A program made the translations under genes and the position numbers. A stretch of DNA of 64,000 bases from assembly GCF_006345805.1 (NCBI RefSeq), contig NC_043003.1, forward strand, positions 107,074,001 to 107,138,000, read 5' to 3'. Below the pieces are notes generated by a model that worked only from the letters and a program-made list of their open reading frames with translations, did not search any database and was not told the origin of the DNA. The stretch comes from Octopus sinensis. Its lineage: Eukaryota. Below are positions 10,340 to 22,544 of this stretch, piece after piece (the first letter of the stretch is position 1; every line of letters starts with the position of its first letter).

Positions 10340-11420
10340 ATAAGACAATCTTAGTGGTTTTTGACTGGGTACCGCGATGTTTTGCAAATTTATAACTGCC
10401 AATTCAAATTTGAAATTCATGAGATAGCAAAAGTATTTTAAAAGCAAAGACAACTAATAAGGCCTGTGCACTTGATAGACTCCAAGCTAAACATTTCCAA
10501 GATGATCAAAAAAGAACTCTTCCTAATCTTGGATTCCATCCATCACCTAAACCAATTCTACAAGTTTCATTTCAAATAGAATATATTTGTATCAAAGACA
10601 ATCAGCTCTCATTCTGCTTCACAAAAGATTGTCAAACCAAATTCCGTTATAAAGGTAGAACTTGTCCTTGGACAAGGAGCAGTAGAAAAAAAAGTCCAGG
10701 AGATTCTTCCAAAGTGTCATTGCAAGTTGAGTTACCAAAATAAATGAGGATGTCATTATCTGAAAAAATTACCATTTTCCTCTGAGAACATGAAAACAAT
10801 TTAGCAGAAAATTATGAGAGCCATATATGTACTTTATTTGTTTCCTATTTGTCAGGTATACTCAACCATTTGAATGAGATGAACCTTGCAATGTAGAGAT
10901 TCAAAGCAAACAGGTTGCAACATCTCAATAGGGTTAAGGCACTTCAGAAAAAGACATCTCTTATTGGCAGCAAAAATCTAAAAAAAAAAAAAAGGAAATC
11001 GCTCTTCAGTTTTCCTCTGGTTGTAGTAAAGATGGGGAAACAGTTGGAAATCAATCTGTCATTGAAAGAAGGAATTGGTAATCATCTGTCAGAACTTCAG
11101 AATACATTGGTGATGTTCTTGCCAAAAGAGGAAACTGTTGACAAGCAGATCTGTAAACCATTCTTATCAGACACGAACAATAAGGAAAGCCTTAGAGAGG
11201 TGTTGAGAGAACCACACAGCAGTGAAGCCAAGAAAATGATTTTCCAATGTCTTTTTTTTTCTCTTTTCTTTCCTTGACAGAATTCTGGTTAAACCAGCTA
11301 ACAGCAAACCCTCAATTAGAATCAATAATTCCATTTCCTCTGACATATCTCTTCAAAGATGCATCTTCTACTGAGCTGCATCTAAAACATAAGACCAGGA
11401 ACAGAACAGAATCAAGCTTT
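10340..11420 (+). pseudogene. Decayed hAT (Charlie/Buster-like) transposase
   Basis: Remnant peptides SYLSGILNHLNEMNLAM*...RVKALQKK (cf. AYLxDIFxxLNxLNxxLQG) and PFPLTYLFKDASSTELHLKHKTRNR (cf. hAT dimerisation domain PFxxTYLCExxFS...KxKxRNRL). Many stops. Confidence 0.6.
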
Positions 11421-11657
11421 GTTCATGACAAGAGGCTGACACAAATACTTAAGCCAAACATTGGACAAAAAACAACAACAACAAAAGTATCAGTGATTGT
11501 GTTGTCCTCTATTTCGTGGGAACTGCGTTTGTTGCTAATCATGTAATGGCAGTGATTTTCATCAAGTTCATCATTAATTAACTGTAATTACTGACATGTA
11601 AGATGCACTTTTTTCCCCACCAAAAATGTTTCAAAGACATCACCCCAGGTCCTACCT

Positions 11658-12035
11658 GGAGGCGCAATGGCCCAGTGGTTAGGGCTGCGGACTCGCGGTC
11701 ATAGGATCGCAGTTTCGATTCCCAGACCGGGCATTGTGAGTGTTTTATTGAGCGAAAACACCTAAAAGCTCCACGAGGCTCCGGCAGGGGGTGGTGGTGA
11801 ACCCTGCTGTACTCTTTCACCACAACTTTCTCTCACTCTTACTTCCTGTTTCTGTTGTACCTGTATTTCAAGGGGCCGGCCTTGTCACTCTCTGTGTCAC
11901 GCTGAATATCCCCGAGAACTACGTTAAGGGTACACGTGTCTGTGGAGTGCTCAGCCACTCGCACGTTAATATCACGAGCAAGCTGTCCCATTGATCGTAT
12001 CAGTTGGGACCCTCATCGTCGCAACCGACGGAGTG
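11658..12035 (+). mobile_element. tRNA-derived SINE family C, near full length
   Basis: Head ggaggcgcaatggcccagtggttagggc...gtttcgattcc. Near-identical inverse copy at 59738-60128. Confidence 0.85.
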
Positions 12036-12469
12036 CTCCTACTACCTCTATGTAACGTTGGGTCTTCCATAAACTTTAATGCTCTGAAACATTTTTTTCC
12101 TGAATATGATTTGCTGAAACTGGGCTGCATCTAATGTGTCTATGCTTCTTTTATGCCCTCAAATACATAAACTATAGATTTATTTTATGATCATATTTCT
12201 TTTTTCTTCTTTTATTACAATTTTCACTTAGATAATGTGTAAGAAACAAATTCAAACTGAATTTCGCCCATCTTTGAACATTATTATGGAAGGTTTAAGT
12301 AGGGACGTTGGTTGATCCCGCTTCCCCTGAGTATAGGAGCTTGAGTAACAAAAGGGGAAGAAAAGTAGCATTGCACAAAATTTCCTTTTTATCATACCCT
12401 GCAGCTTTTTGAAAGGGGAGAATACATTAGATTCATAGTCCTAGATACACTATGCCAAATAAAAGTTGG

Positions 12470-14785
12470 TCATGAATCAGGTGGTTCATGAAGGAGCCAT
12501 ACCCAATGACTGGTGTAGCAGTACCATAGTCAACTGCTACAGATGTAAAGGTGATGCCTGAGATAGATATAATTACAGAAGTATCAAATTGTTGGATCAG
12601 GTGGTGAAAAGTCACAGAGAGTCATAGCCCAACTAATTAGGGAGAGAATTAGTCTAGACGAGATGCAGTTTGGTTTTGTGTCAGGGAGAAGCACCACTGA
12701 TGCTATATTTCTGACAAGGCAGCTGCAGGAGAAATACATAGCCAAAGATAAACCTCTGTACTTAGCTTTTGTTGACTTGGAGAAGGCCTTTGACAGGGTC
12801 ATCTGATACCTTATCTGGTGGTCAACGTGGAAACTAAGGATAGACGAGTGGCTATTGAGAGCTATACAAGCCATATACAGAGATGCTATCAGTAAGGTGA
12901 GAATTGGCAGCAAGTACAGCAAAGAATTTAGGGTACAAGTAGGTGTTCACCAAGGATCGGTCCTAATTCATCATAATCCTCCAGGCAATAACAGGAATTT
13001 AAGACAAGCTGCCCCTGGGAGCTCCTCTATGCTGATGACCTTGCTCTAAAAGCTGAATCACTACCAGAACTAGAGAAGTTCCAGGTATGGAAGCAAGGTC
13101 TAAATTTGAAGGGCCTTAGAGTTAACCTAGCAAAAATCAAAGTCTTAGTTAGTAGGAAAGCAGACAAATCACAAGTCCCTTCAGGTAGATGGACCAGCTC
13201 AATTTTAGAAAAAGTGTAAGTAGTAACTCTGTAAGATGCACCTGGTGTAAGCTTTGGACACATAAAAGGTGCAGCAATATCAGAGGAAGGTTAACAGGGA
13301 AAATGGCCTTTGTGTGTGGAAGATGCACAGGTACAATAAACACTGAAAATGCACAGAAAATAGACTCCATAAACTGCCAGTGGGGTAAGGTAGAGGCAGT
13401 AGATAGCTTCTGTTACCTAGGTGATCAAGTTAGTAGCAGAGGTGGATGTTCCAAGAGCATAACTGTCAGAATAAGACTAGGCTGGGCAAAGTTTAGAGAG
13501 CTCCTGCCTCTGCTGGCAACAAAGGGCCTCTCTCTCAGAGTGAAAGGTAGATTGCATGATGCCTGCGTGCAAACAGTTATGCTGTATGGCAATGAAACCT
13601 GGGCCATGACAACCGAGGACATGTGTAGGCTTAAAAGAAATGAATCTGGTATGCTTCACTGGATGTGCAATGTCTGTGTGTGTTTGACAGAGTGTATGCA
13701 TCTTGAGAGAAAAGTTAGGCGTAAGAGGCATCAGATGTGGTATGCAAGGGAGATGAATGTGCTGGTATACTCTTTTACTCTTTTACTCTTTCACTTGTTT
13801 CAGTCATCTGACTGCAGCCATGCTGGAGCACCACCTTTAATCGAGCAACTCGACCCCAGGACTTATTCTTTTGTAAGCCCAATACTTATTCTATCGGTCT
13901 CTTTTGCCGAACCACTAAGTAACGGAGACATAAAGACACCAGCATCGGTTGTCAAGCAATGCTAGGGGGACAAACACAGACACACCGACACACAGACGCA
14001 TATATATATATATACATATATACGATGGGCTTCTTTCAGCTTCCGTTTACCAAATCCACTCACAAGGCTTTGGTCGGCCCGGGGCTATAGTAGAAGATAC
14101 TTGCTCAAGGTTCCACGCAGTGGGACTGAACCCAGAACCATGTGGTTGGTAAACAAGCTACTTACCACACAGCCACTCCTGCGTAATGCATATGGACGAG
14201 GACAGCTGTGTAAAGAAGTGCCAATCTCTAACTGTGTTGGGAACCTGTAATAGAGATAAACTGAGGAAGACATGGGATGAGGTGGGGAAGCATGATCTCT
14301 GAACTTTGGGCCTCACAGATGCAATGACTAGTGACCGAGACCTTTGGTGACATGCTATGCTTGAGAAGACCCATCAAGCCAAGTGAAATTGCAATCTTGG
14401 CTGATGCTGGCACCTGTGTCGGTGACATGTAAAATCCACCTTTTAAGTATTGATCATCATTGAGGCAAAGTGGTTGAGCTCATTTCAAGTGTTGGGCCTC
14501 ACGGTGCCAATGACCAAGACCTTTGGCATTATGTTGGGCTTGAGAAGAAGAAGACCCATCAAGCCAAGTAAATATCTCAGTCATGGCAGATATTGGTATC
14601 ATGTAAAAGACACGTGAAAGCAGCCATTGCATTCTTTGGAGTGGTTGGCATTAGGAAGGACATCCAGCTGCAGAAACCATTCCAAAACAGACCGGAGTCT
14701 GGTGCAGCCTTCCAGCTTGCCAGCCCTGGTCAAACTGTCCAACCCATGCCAGCATGGACAATGGACGCTGAATGATGATGACAAT
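12470..14785 (+). mobile_element. Degraded RTE LINE (RT through 3' UTR), interrupted by a SINE
   Basis: IPNDWCSS, QFGFV...STTDAIF, LYADD and YGNETWAMT remnants, then the 3' UTR and (GAT)n tail. Confidence 0.88.
13767..14183 (-). mobile_element. SINE family A nested in an RTE LINE
   Basis: Complete head, CORE-like body and (taaaagag)n tail; LINE homology resumes on both sides. Confidence 0.85.
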
Positions 14786-14790
14786 GATGA

Positions 14791-14824
<34 letters not shown>

Positions 14825-14850
14825 GGTGGTGGTGGTGGTGATGATGATGG

Positions 14851-14902
<52 letters not shown>

Positions 14903-15060
14903 GGTGATGATGACGATGATGATGGTGATGGTGATTGTGGTGGTGATGATGACGATGATGATGATGGTGATGGTGATGGTGATGATGATGATGATGATAA
15001 TGATGGTGATGGTGATGGTGGTGGTGATGATGACAATGATGATGATGGTGATGGTGATGG

Positions 15061-15092
<32 letters not shown>

Positions 15093-15195
15093 GTGATGGT
15101 GGTGGTGGTGGTGGTGATGATGACGATGATGATGGTGATGGTGATTGTGGTGGTGATGATGACGATGATGGTGATGGTGATGGTAATGATGATGA

Positions 15196-15227
<32 letters not shown>

Positions 15228-15400
15228 GTGATGGTGGTGGTGGTGGTGATGATGATGATGATGATAATGGTGATGGTGATTGTGGTGGTGATGATGATGA
15301 TGATGATAATGACGATCATGATGATGATGATGATAATGACGATCATGATGATGATGATGATGATGATGACGATGACGACGATGACGATCATGATGATGAC
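14772..15400 (+). repeat. (GAT/GGT)n compound microsatellite
   Basis: Continues directly from the RTE tail. Confidence 0.95.
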
Positions 15401-15726
15401 TAGAATGTCTATGATGCTAAGTCTGACAGATCAGAGCTGACCAAGGATAAGTGATAACAAAAAAATCAAATGATTTTTACACTAAAGTGACCAGAGGCCA
15501 ACTAGAGAACCTCTAAGTAGTCAGTCGACCTTTTAGAAATAGCAGCTAAATTTCTCTCAAAGAACACCATGTACTATTTATCTGTTTTGCAGTGGAGAAT
15601 CTTACTTTGTCTCTCATGGTTTCTATTTACAACTAAGTGAATTAAGTGTCTCTTATGAGGACTGAACACAAAACAAAGGGCAGGAAATGATGTCTTTAAC
15701 TTTTCCTTTTCTTCCATTATATATAT

Positions 15727-15770
<44 letters not shown>

Positions 15771-15914
15771 ATATATATATATTATATATTATATATGTAT
15801 CTATGTATATGTTTATATATATGTGTGTATATAATATATATATATATTATATATTGTGTATATATATATATACATACATACATATATATATATATATGTA
15901 TGTATATGTGTGTG

Positions 15915-15946
<32 letters not shown>

Positions 15947-16494
15947 ACACTTTGTTGTATCACTTACAAGAACCATAAGGGGTTCTTTGTATCCTGCCAC
16001 CATTTCTGGTATTTATCAAGGACCCTTGACCATAATTGCCTTTCTATTTTTTTCTCAGCTTTATCTGTTTATAAATTACAATTTGTTGTACTTTTGTGGA
16101 CAAAATAAAGAAACTGAGTGAAAATTGGATGCCTGCAACTTCTTTTATAGCTAAATGTAAAATGGTAAAGTTGGAAGAATGGTAGAATGTTGTTTGATAT
16201 ATTACAGATTTGATTTACATTCCTTCATATCATCATCATCATCATCATCATCATCATTTTTGTGTCCACTTTTCCATGTTTGCATGGTTGGATAGAATTT
16301 GTCGCCACAGGTTTTCTATGACCAAGTGCCTTTCCTGTCATCAACTCTTATGAGGGGGTGCTGAAAAATTCCTGGCTTTAAGAGCATTGTGAAAGGCCTG
16401 GTTAGAATTTCTACCTTCCAGGCTCTTTTACAGGGTTTAGGGAAACTGAAGAACTGCTGCTTTAAATGTGTGAATCTGAGAGATGAATATGTTG

Positions 16495-16765
16495 AATCAT
16501 CATCATCATCGTTTAACGTCCGTTCTCCATGCTAGCATGGGTTGGACAGTTCGACCGGGGATCTGGGAAGCCAGAAGGCTGCACCAGGCTCCAGTCTTAT
16601 CTGGCAATGTTTCTACAGCTGGATGCCCTTCCTAATGCCAACCACTCCGTGAGTGTAGTGGGTGCTTTTTACGTGCCACCTGCACAGGTGCCAGGCGAGG
16701 CTGGCAACGGCCACGGTCAGATTGGTGTATTTTACGTGCTACCGGCACGGAAGCCAGTCGATGAA
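16495..16765 (-). mobile_element. RTE 3'-UTR-type element
   Basis: catcatcgtttaacgtccg...ggatgcccttcctaatgccaacc. Confidence 0.8.
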
Positions 16766-17389
16766 TAAAATCCTGTATTTTCTTTTACGCAAAACCAGGA
16801 ACTTTTCAACACCATTGCCCCACCTCTATACATGTTTTCAAAGTATGGTAATATTTCCTAACGGCCAGACTTGTTTTTAAGCGGAAGATTGGAAATGAAT
16901 GGCAACTGTGATTATCCTTTAGCTCAAGATTATTGATTGAACAAGTTTATGATTGAAAAGTTTCAGAAAGGGGCGGGAGAACGCAGCGGCGTCTGAAAGG
17001 CGGGCAAAGGCGGACGTCCGGAGGCGGGCGAAGGCGGGCGAAGGCATGCGTCAAAAGATGCGGGTAGAACGCAGCATCTGATAGGCGGGCGTGAAGAGGC
17101 GGACGTCCATCGAGGACTGCATAGTATATCTAAGACTGCATTGTTCAATGTAGCTGTCCTTTTTTAAAGGTGGTAGGGAGGAGTGATTTAAGAAATATTT
17201 GGTTGATATTTCTAGTAGGTCAAGCAATTGTGTAGAGGAGGCTTACTTGTTCGTTTCAGTAAAAGACACAGTTCTTGTGCAAGTTCTCTTGAAGAATTTC
17301 ATTCATTTTCTTATTTCCCAATAAGTTTAAATGATGCTGGAAGAATACTTAAGGAATGCATGGAAGAAAGAGTGAAGAAAGGATGCGTG

Positions 17390-17605
17390 GGTGTGTGTGT
17401 GTGTGTGTGTGTGTGTGTCTGTTGGCCTGTCATTCTGTGTGTGTGTGAGAGAGAGAAAGAAAGAGAGAGAGAGAGAGAAAAAGAAAGAGAGAGAGAGAAA
17501 ATGAAAAAAGAGAGAGAAAGAATGAAAGAAAGAGAGAGAAAGAAAGAGAGAGAGAGAAAGAAAGAGAGGAAGAATGAAAAAAGAGAGAGAAAGAAAGAAA
17601 GAGAG

Positions 17606-17646
<41 letters not shown>

Positions 17647-17760
17647 AAAAGAAAGAGAGGAAGAATGAAAAAAGAGAGAGAAAGAAAGAAAGAAAGAAAG
17701 AGAGATAGAGAGAGAGAGAGAGAGAAAGAAAGAAAGAGAGAGAGAGAGAAAGAGAGAGAG

Positions 17761-17795
<35 letters not shown>

Positions 17796-17852
17796 AAAAA
17801 GAGAGAGAGAGAAAGAGAGAGAGAGAGAGCGCGAGAGAGAGCGCGAGAGAGA
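17390..17852. repeat. (GT)n/(GA)n/(GAAA)n microsatellite
   Basis: Direct inspection. Confidence 0.95.
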
Positions 17853-18333
17853 GTGCTAGAAGGGATTATTAAAGAACTAGTTTACCATTCCCTGTCAAAA
17901 GTATGCCATGCATGTTGTGTCCTTATTTGCCATGTATACTTCTCAGAATTTCAACTTTTCCTCAAGTTTTCTTTGAATTTATGCCATTTCATAAAAGAGC
18001 AATTCATTCCATCAGAGAGGAAGACATTCACCAAAAACTGAATGTAAAAATGGTTTAAGAAGAATTACATTTTAAGTATTATAATGTGAAAAAGTTATAT
18101 TTATGTTTTAAGAATTCTATTTTCGGTATAATAATTTTAAAATCATATTTGTGTTTTAAGAATTATATTGTTTCATTTATATTCAAGAAAAACTAATTTT
18201 TAAAAAATGCAAATTTGTGCAGCGATAGAAATCATGCAAAAGCCAACATTGGGGTCTGGAGTCTGAGGAAACTCTGCCTTGTCGGACCCAGTCGAACGGT
18301 CCAAGCCATGCAAGCATTGTAAACAGACGATAA

Positions 18334-19204
18334 ATGATATTTATGATGATGATGATGATGATGATGATGACGATGTTGATTATGATGATGACGATGATGC
18401 TGACGATGATGCTGACGATGATGATGACGATGATGATGATGACGATGATGCTGACAATGATGATGATAACGATGATGATGTTGATGATGATGATGACAAT
18501 GTTGATTATGATGCTGACGATGATGCTGATGATGATGACGATGATGATGATGATGATGATGATGATGACGATGATGATGATGATGATGTTGATAATGCTG
18601 TTGATGATGACGATGATGATGATGATGATGATGACGATGTTGATTATGATGCTGACGGTGATGCTGATGATGATGACGATGATGATGATGATGATGATGA
18701 TGATGACGATGATGATGATGATGATGTTGATAATGCTGTTGATGATGACGATGATGATGATGATGATGATGACGATGTTGATTATGATGCTGACGTGTGC
18801 TGATGATGATGACGATGATGATGATGATTATGATATGATGACGATGATGATGATGATATGTTGATAATGCTGTTGATGATGACGATGATGATGATGATGA
18901 TGATGACGATGTTGATTATGATGCTGACGGTGATGCTGATGATGATGACGATGATGATGATGATGATGATGATGATGACGATGATGATGATGATGATGTT
19001 GATAATGCTGTTGATGATGACGATGATGATGATGATGATGATGACGATGTTGATTATGATGCTGACGGTGATGCTGATGATGATGACGATGATGATGATG
19101 ATGATGATGATGATGACGATGTTGATTATGATGCTGACGATGATGCTGATGATGATGATAATGATGATGAAGATGATGAAGAAGATGATGATGATGATGA
19201 TGAC

Positions 19205-19236
<32 letters not shown>

Positions 19237-19362
19237 CGATGACTATGATGATGACGCTGATGATGATGAAGATGACGATGACGATAATGATAATGATAAT
19301 GATGATGATGTTGTTGATGATGATGATGATGACGGCAGCAACAATGATGACGACGATGAATG
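18334..19362 (+). repeat. (GAT)n array with ~138-bp higher-order period
   Basis: gttgataatgctgtt recurs at 18588, 18726, 18860 and 18998; preceded by a degenerate RTE tail. Confidence 0.93.
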
Positions 19363-19934
19363 ATGTTTTTTTTTCCCCCCCTCTCAATATTTTTGTGCGC
19401 AAAACAAAGAACCATCAGCAGAATCCCAAGCACTCACACACAGATTGCAATTTTATATTAAATTACACCCAGCATCTCCTCGCTGCGATGTTTATCCTAT
19501 CTACCTGGCTGTCTATCTAACCAGCTTCCCAAGACGCTCACCCTTCCATTGTTCATAAATTACCCAGGGACAGCAAACATCAGATCAGCCGTATTCACAA
19601 GAGATAGGAACCAACTTTGAACTAATAACACATACATCAGGGCTTGCCAAAGAATATAGGATAATCTATTTTAAACATGGCCCCAGGTCAGAAATAAATT
19701 CACCGAGAAAGTAAAGCAAAACTCTTTAGATGGAGACATAAATTGATTGCATCAAAAACGAAAGCCCACACGCACCAAACACATGCATACGTCTACACAG
19801 ACACACACACACACACACAGAGGCATACACGCCATACACACTCACAGCTACACGTATGATTATGTGTGCGTGTATGTGTGTGCACACGTGAGTGTGTGCC
19901 GATGTATGTGTGTGTGAGTGTATCTGTTTGTCCG

Positions 19935-20796
19935 CATATATGTATGTATGTATGTATGTATGCAGGTATGTATGTATGTATGTATGTATGTATGTATGTA
20001 TGTATGTATGTATGTATTATGTATGTATGTATGTATGTATGTATGTATGTATGTATGTATGTATGTATGCATGTATGTATGCATGTACGTATGTATGTAT
20101 GTATGTGCGTATGTATGTGCGTATGTATGTATGTATGTATGTATGTATGTATGTAGGTATGTATGTATGTATGTATGTATGTATGTATGTATGTATGTAG
20201 GTATGAATGTATGTAGGTATGTATGTATGTATGTATGTATGTATGTATGTAGGTATGTATGTATGTATGTATGTATGTATGTATGTATGTAGGTATGAAT
20301 GTATGTAGGTATGTAGGTATGTATGTATGTATGTATGTATGTATGTATGTATGTATGTATGTATGTATGTAGGTATGCATGCATGTATGTATGTATGTGC
20401 GTATGTATGTATGTATGTATTTATGTATGTATGTATGTATGTATGAATGTATGAATGTATGTAGGTATGTATGTATGTATGTATGTATGTATGTATGTAT
20501 GTGTGTGTGTATGTATGTATGTATGTATGTATGTATGTATGTATGTATGTATGTATGTATGTATGTATGTATGTATGTATGTATGTAGGTATGAATGTAT
20601 GTATGTATGTATGCATGTATGTATGTATGCATGTATGTATGTATGCATGTATGTATGTATGTATGTATGTAGGTATGTATGTATGTATGTATGTATGTAT
20701 GTATGTATGTATGTATTATGTATGTATGTATGTAGGTATGTATGGTATGTATGTATGTATGTATGCATGTATGTATGTATGTGGTATGTATGTATG

Positions 20797-20828
<32 letters not shown>

Positions 20829-21700
20829 TGAATGTATGTATGTATGTATGTATGTATGTATGAATGTATGAATGTATGTAGGTATGTATGTATGTATGTA
20901 TGTATGTAGTATGTATGTGTGTATGTATGTATGTATGTATGATGTATGTATGTAGTATGTATGTGTGTATGTATGTATGTATGTATGTATGTAGGTATGA
21001 TGTATGTAGGTATGTATGTATTATGTAGTATGTATGAATGTATGTAGGTATGTATGTATGTATGTATGTATGTATGAATGTATGAATGTATGTAGGTATG
21101 TATGTATGTATGTATGTATGTATGAATGTATGTATGTATGTATGTATGTATGTATGTATGTATGTATATGTATGTATGTATGTATGTATGAATGTATGTA
21201 TGTATGTATGTATGTGTGTATGTATGTATGTATGATGTATGTATGTATGTATGTATTATGTATGTATGTATGTATGTATGAATGTATGTATGTATGTATG
21301 TATGTAGTATGTATGTATGTATGTGTGTATGTATGTATGTATGGTATGTATGTATGTAGGTATGAATGTATGTAGGTATGTATGGTATGTATGTATGTAT
21401 GTATGTATGAATGTATGAATGTATGTAGGTATGTATGTATGTATGTATGTTGTATGTATGTATGTAATGAATGTATGTATGTATGTATGTATGTATGAAT
21501 GTATGTATGTATGTATGTATGTATGTATGTTGTATGTATGTATGTATGTATGTATGTAGTATGAATGTATGTATGTTGTATGTATGTATGTATGTATGTA
21601 TTATGTATGTATGTATGTATGTATGTATGTATGTATGCATGTGTGCATGTATGCATGTATGTATGAATGTATGTGTGTATGTATGTATGGATGGATGTAT
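19935..21700. repeat. (TATG)n tetranucleotide array, about 1.8 kb
   Basis: Direct inspection. Confidence 0.97.
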
Positions 21701-21705
21701 GTATG

Positions 21706-21900
21706 AGGGCACCTGGCTTAGCAGTTAGGGTGTTGGACTTGCAACCACATGATTGTGGTTTTGATTCCTGGACTGGTGATGCATTGTGCTCTTGAGCAAG
21801 ATCCTTCATTTCATATTGCTTCAGGCTACTCATCCACCAAAAGTGAGTAATCCTGCAAAAGACAGGCTTCCTATCCAGGGGAGAATATACACCAGAGAAA
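21706..21900 (+). mobile_element. Degenerate SINE (family E)
   Basis: tggcttagcagttaggg...ttgattcctgg head and a gctcttgagcaagat body. Confidence 0.55.
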
Positions 21901-21939
21901 CCAGGAAACCATTCCTATGAGTCTATATGATTTGGTAAG

Positions 21940-22320
21940 GGCACCAAACTGTTAATCCATTAATTGTTAATTAACGAAGTTAACATTTTGTTAATGATTT
22001 CACTTTTAAGCTAACTTTGGAAATCATTATCAGACTAATTAACTTCCATTAACTCAAGTCAACTCGAGTTAACTTCTGTTGGTTTCAATTCAATTGAAGT
22101 CAACGGATTTTATAGTTTTGGCACTTTTTAAAGGTGTTTTTAGGTGGACTTAGAACAAAAACTGATTTTTTTTTCTATAATAAAAATTAACGTTAATGGT
22201 TTATTGACAACTTCCATTACATTAGGAAATAATTAATTGATTAATGGTTATTGAAGGTAAGTTTTGGTTAACGGATTAATGGTTAATGAAGTTAACTTTC
22301 GATTAATGGTGCTCACCTTT
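21940..22320. mobile_element. Possible MITE-like non-autonomous DNA element rich in gttaa/ttaac motifs
   Basis: Clusters of ttaac/gttaa motifs at both ends; weak inverted termini gggcacc...ggtgctc. Confidence 0.3.
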
Positions 22321-22544
22321 GCTTTTATGTATGTCTGCTTCTCAAAGACAAGCCTTCCCAGTCACAGGTGTGGTCACAGAGCCCCACCCCCCATCCTACC
22401 AATATGATATCCAGCATGTTCTTTTGTGCACCTTGTGTAGCAGAGTGTATGGGTCAGCCAGTGGATATCCAAGGTACTTTGAATAGGCTGGAGCTATGCG
22501 AAACTGGTGCAGGAAACAGCCATGAACTCACATTATTTGTTGGG

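Noticed and set aside
11658-11735. tRNA genes at SINE heads
   Set aside because: A/B boxes are present, but there is no acceptor stem and each continues into a SINE body.
13189-13965. 258-aa Cys-rich ORF as a host zinc-finger gene
   Set aside because: It is the post-RT region of the surrounding RTE LINE, running into a nested SINE.
14599-15440. Long poly-D/G/M/H ORFs (also 18279-19520, 43191-44284, 55415-56276, 57671-58818)
   Set aside because: They are translations of GAT/GGT microsatellites open in several frames and on both strands; not genes.
19793-21833. 639-aa HTYI-repeat ORF
   Set aside because: An artefact of the (TATG)n array, which lacks stops on the minus strand.
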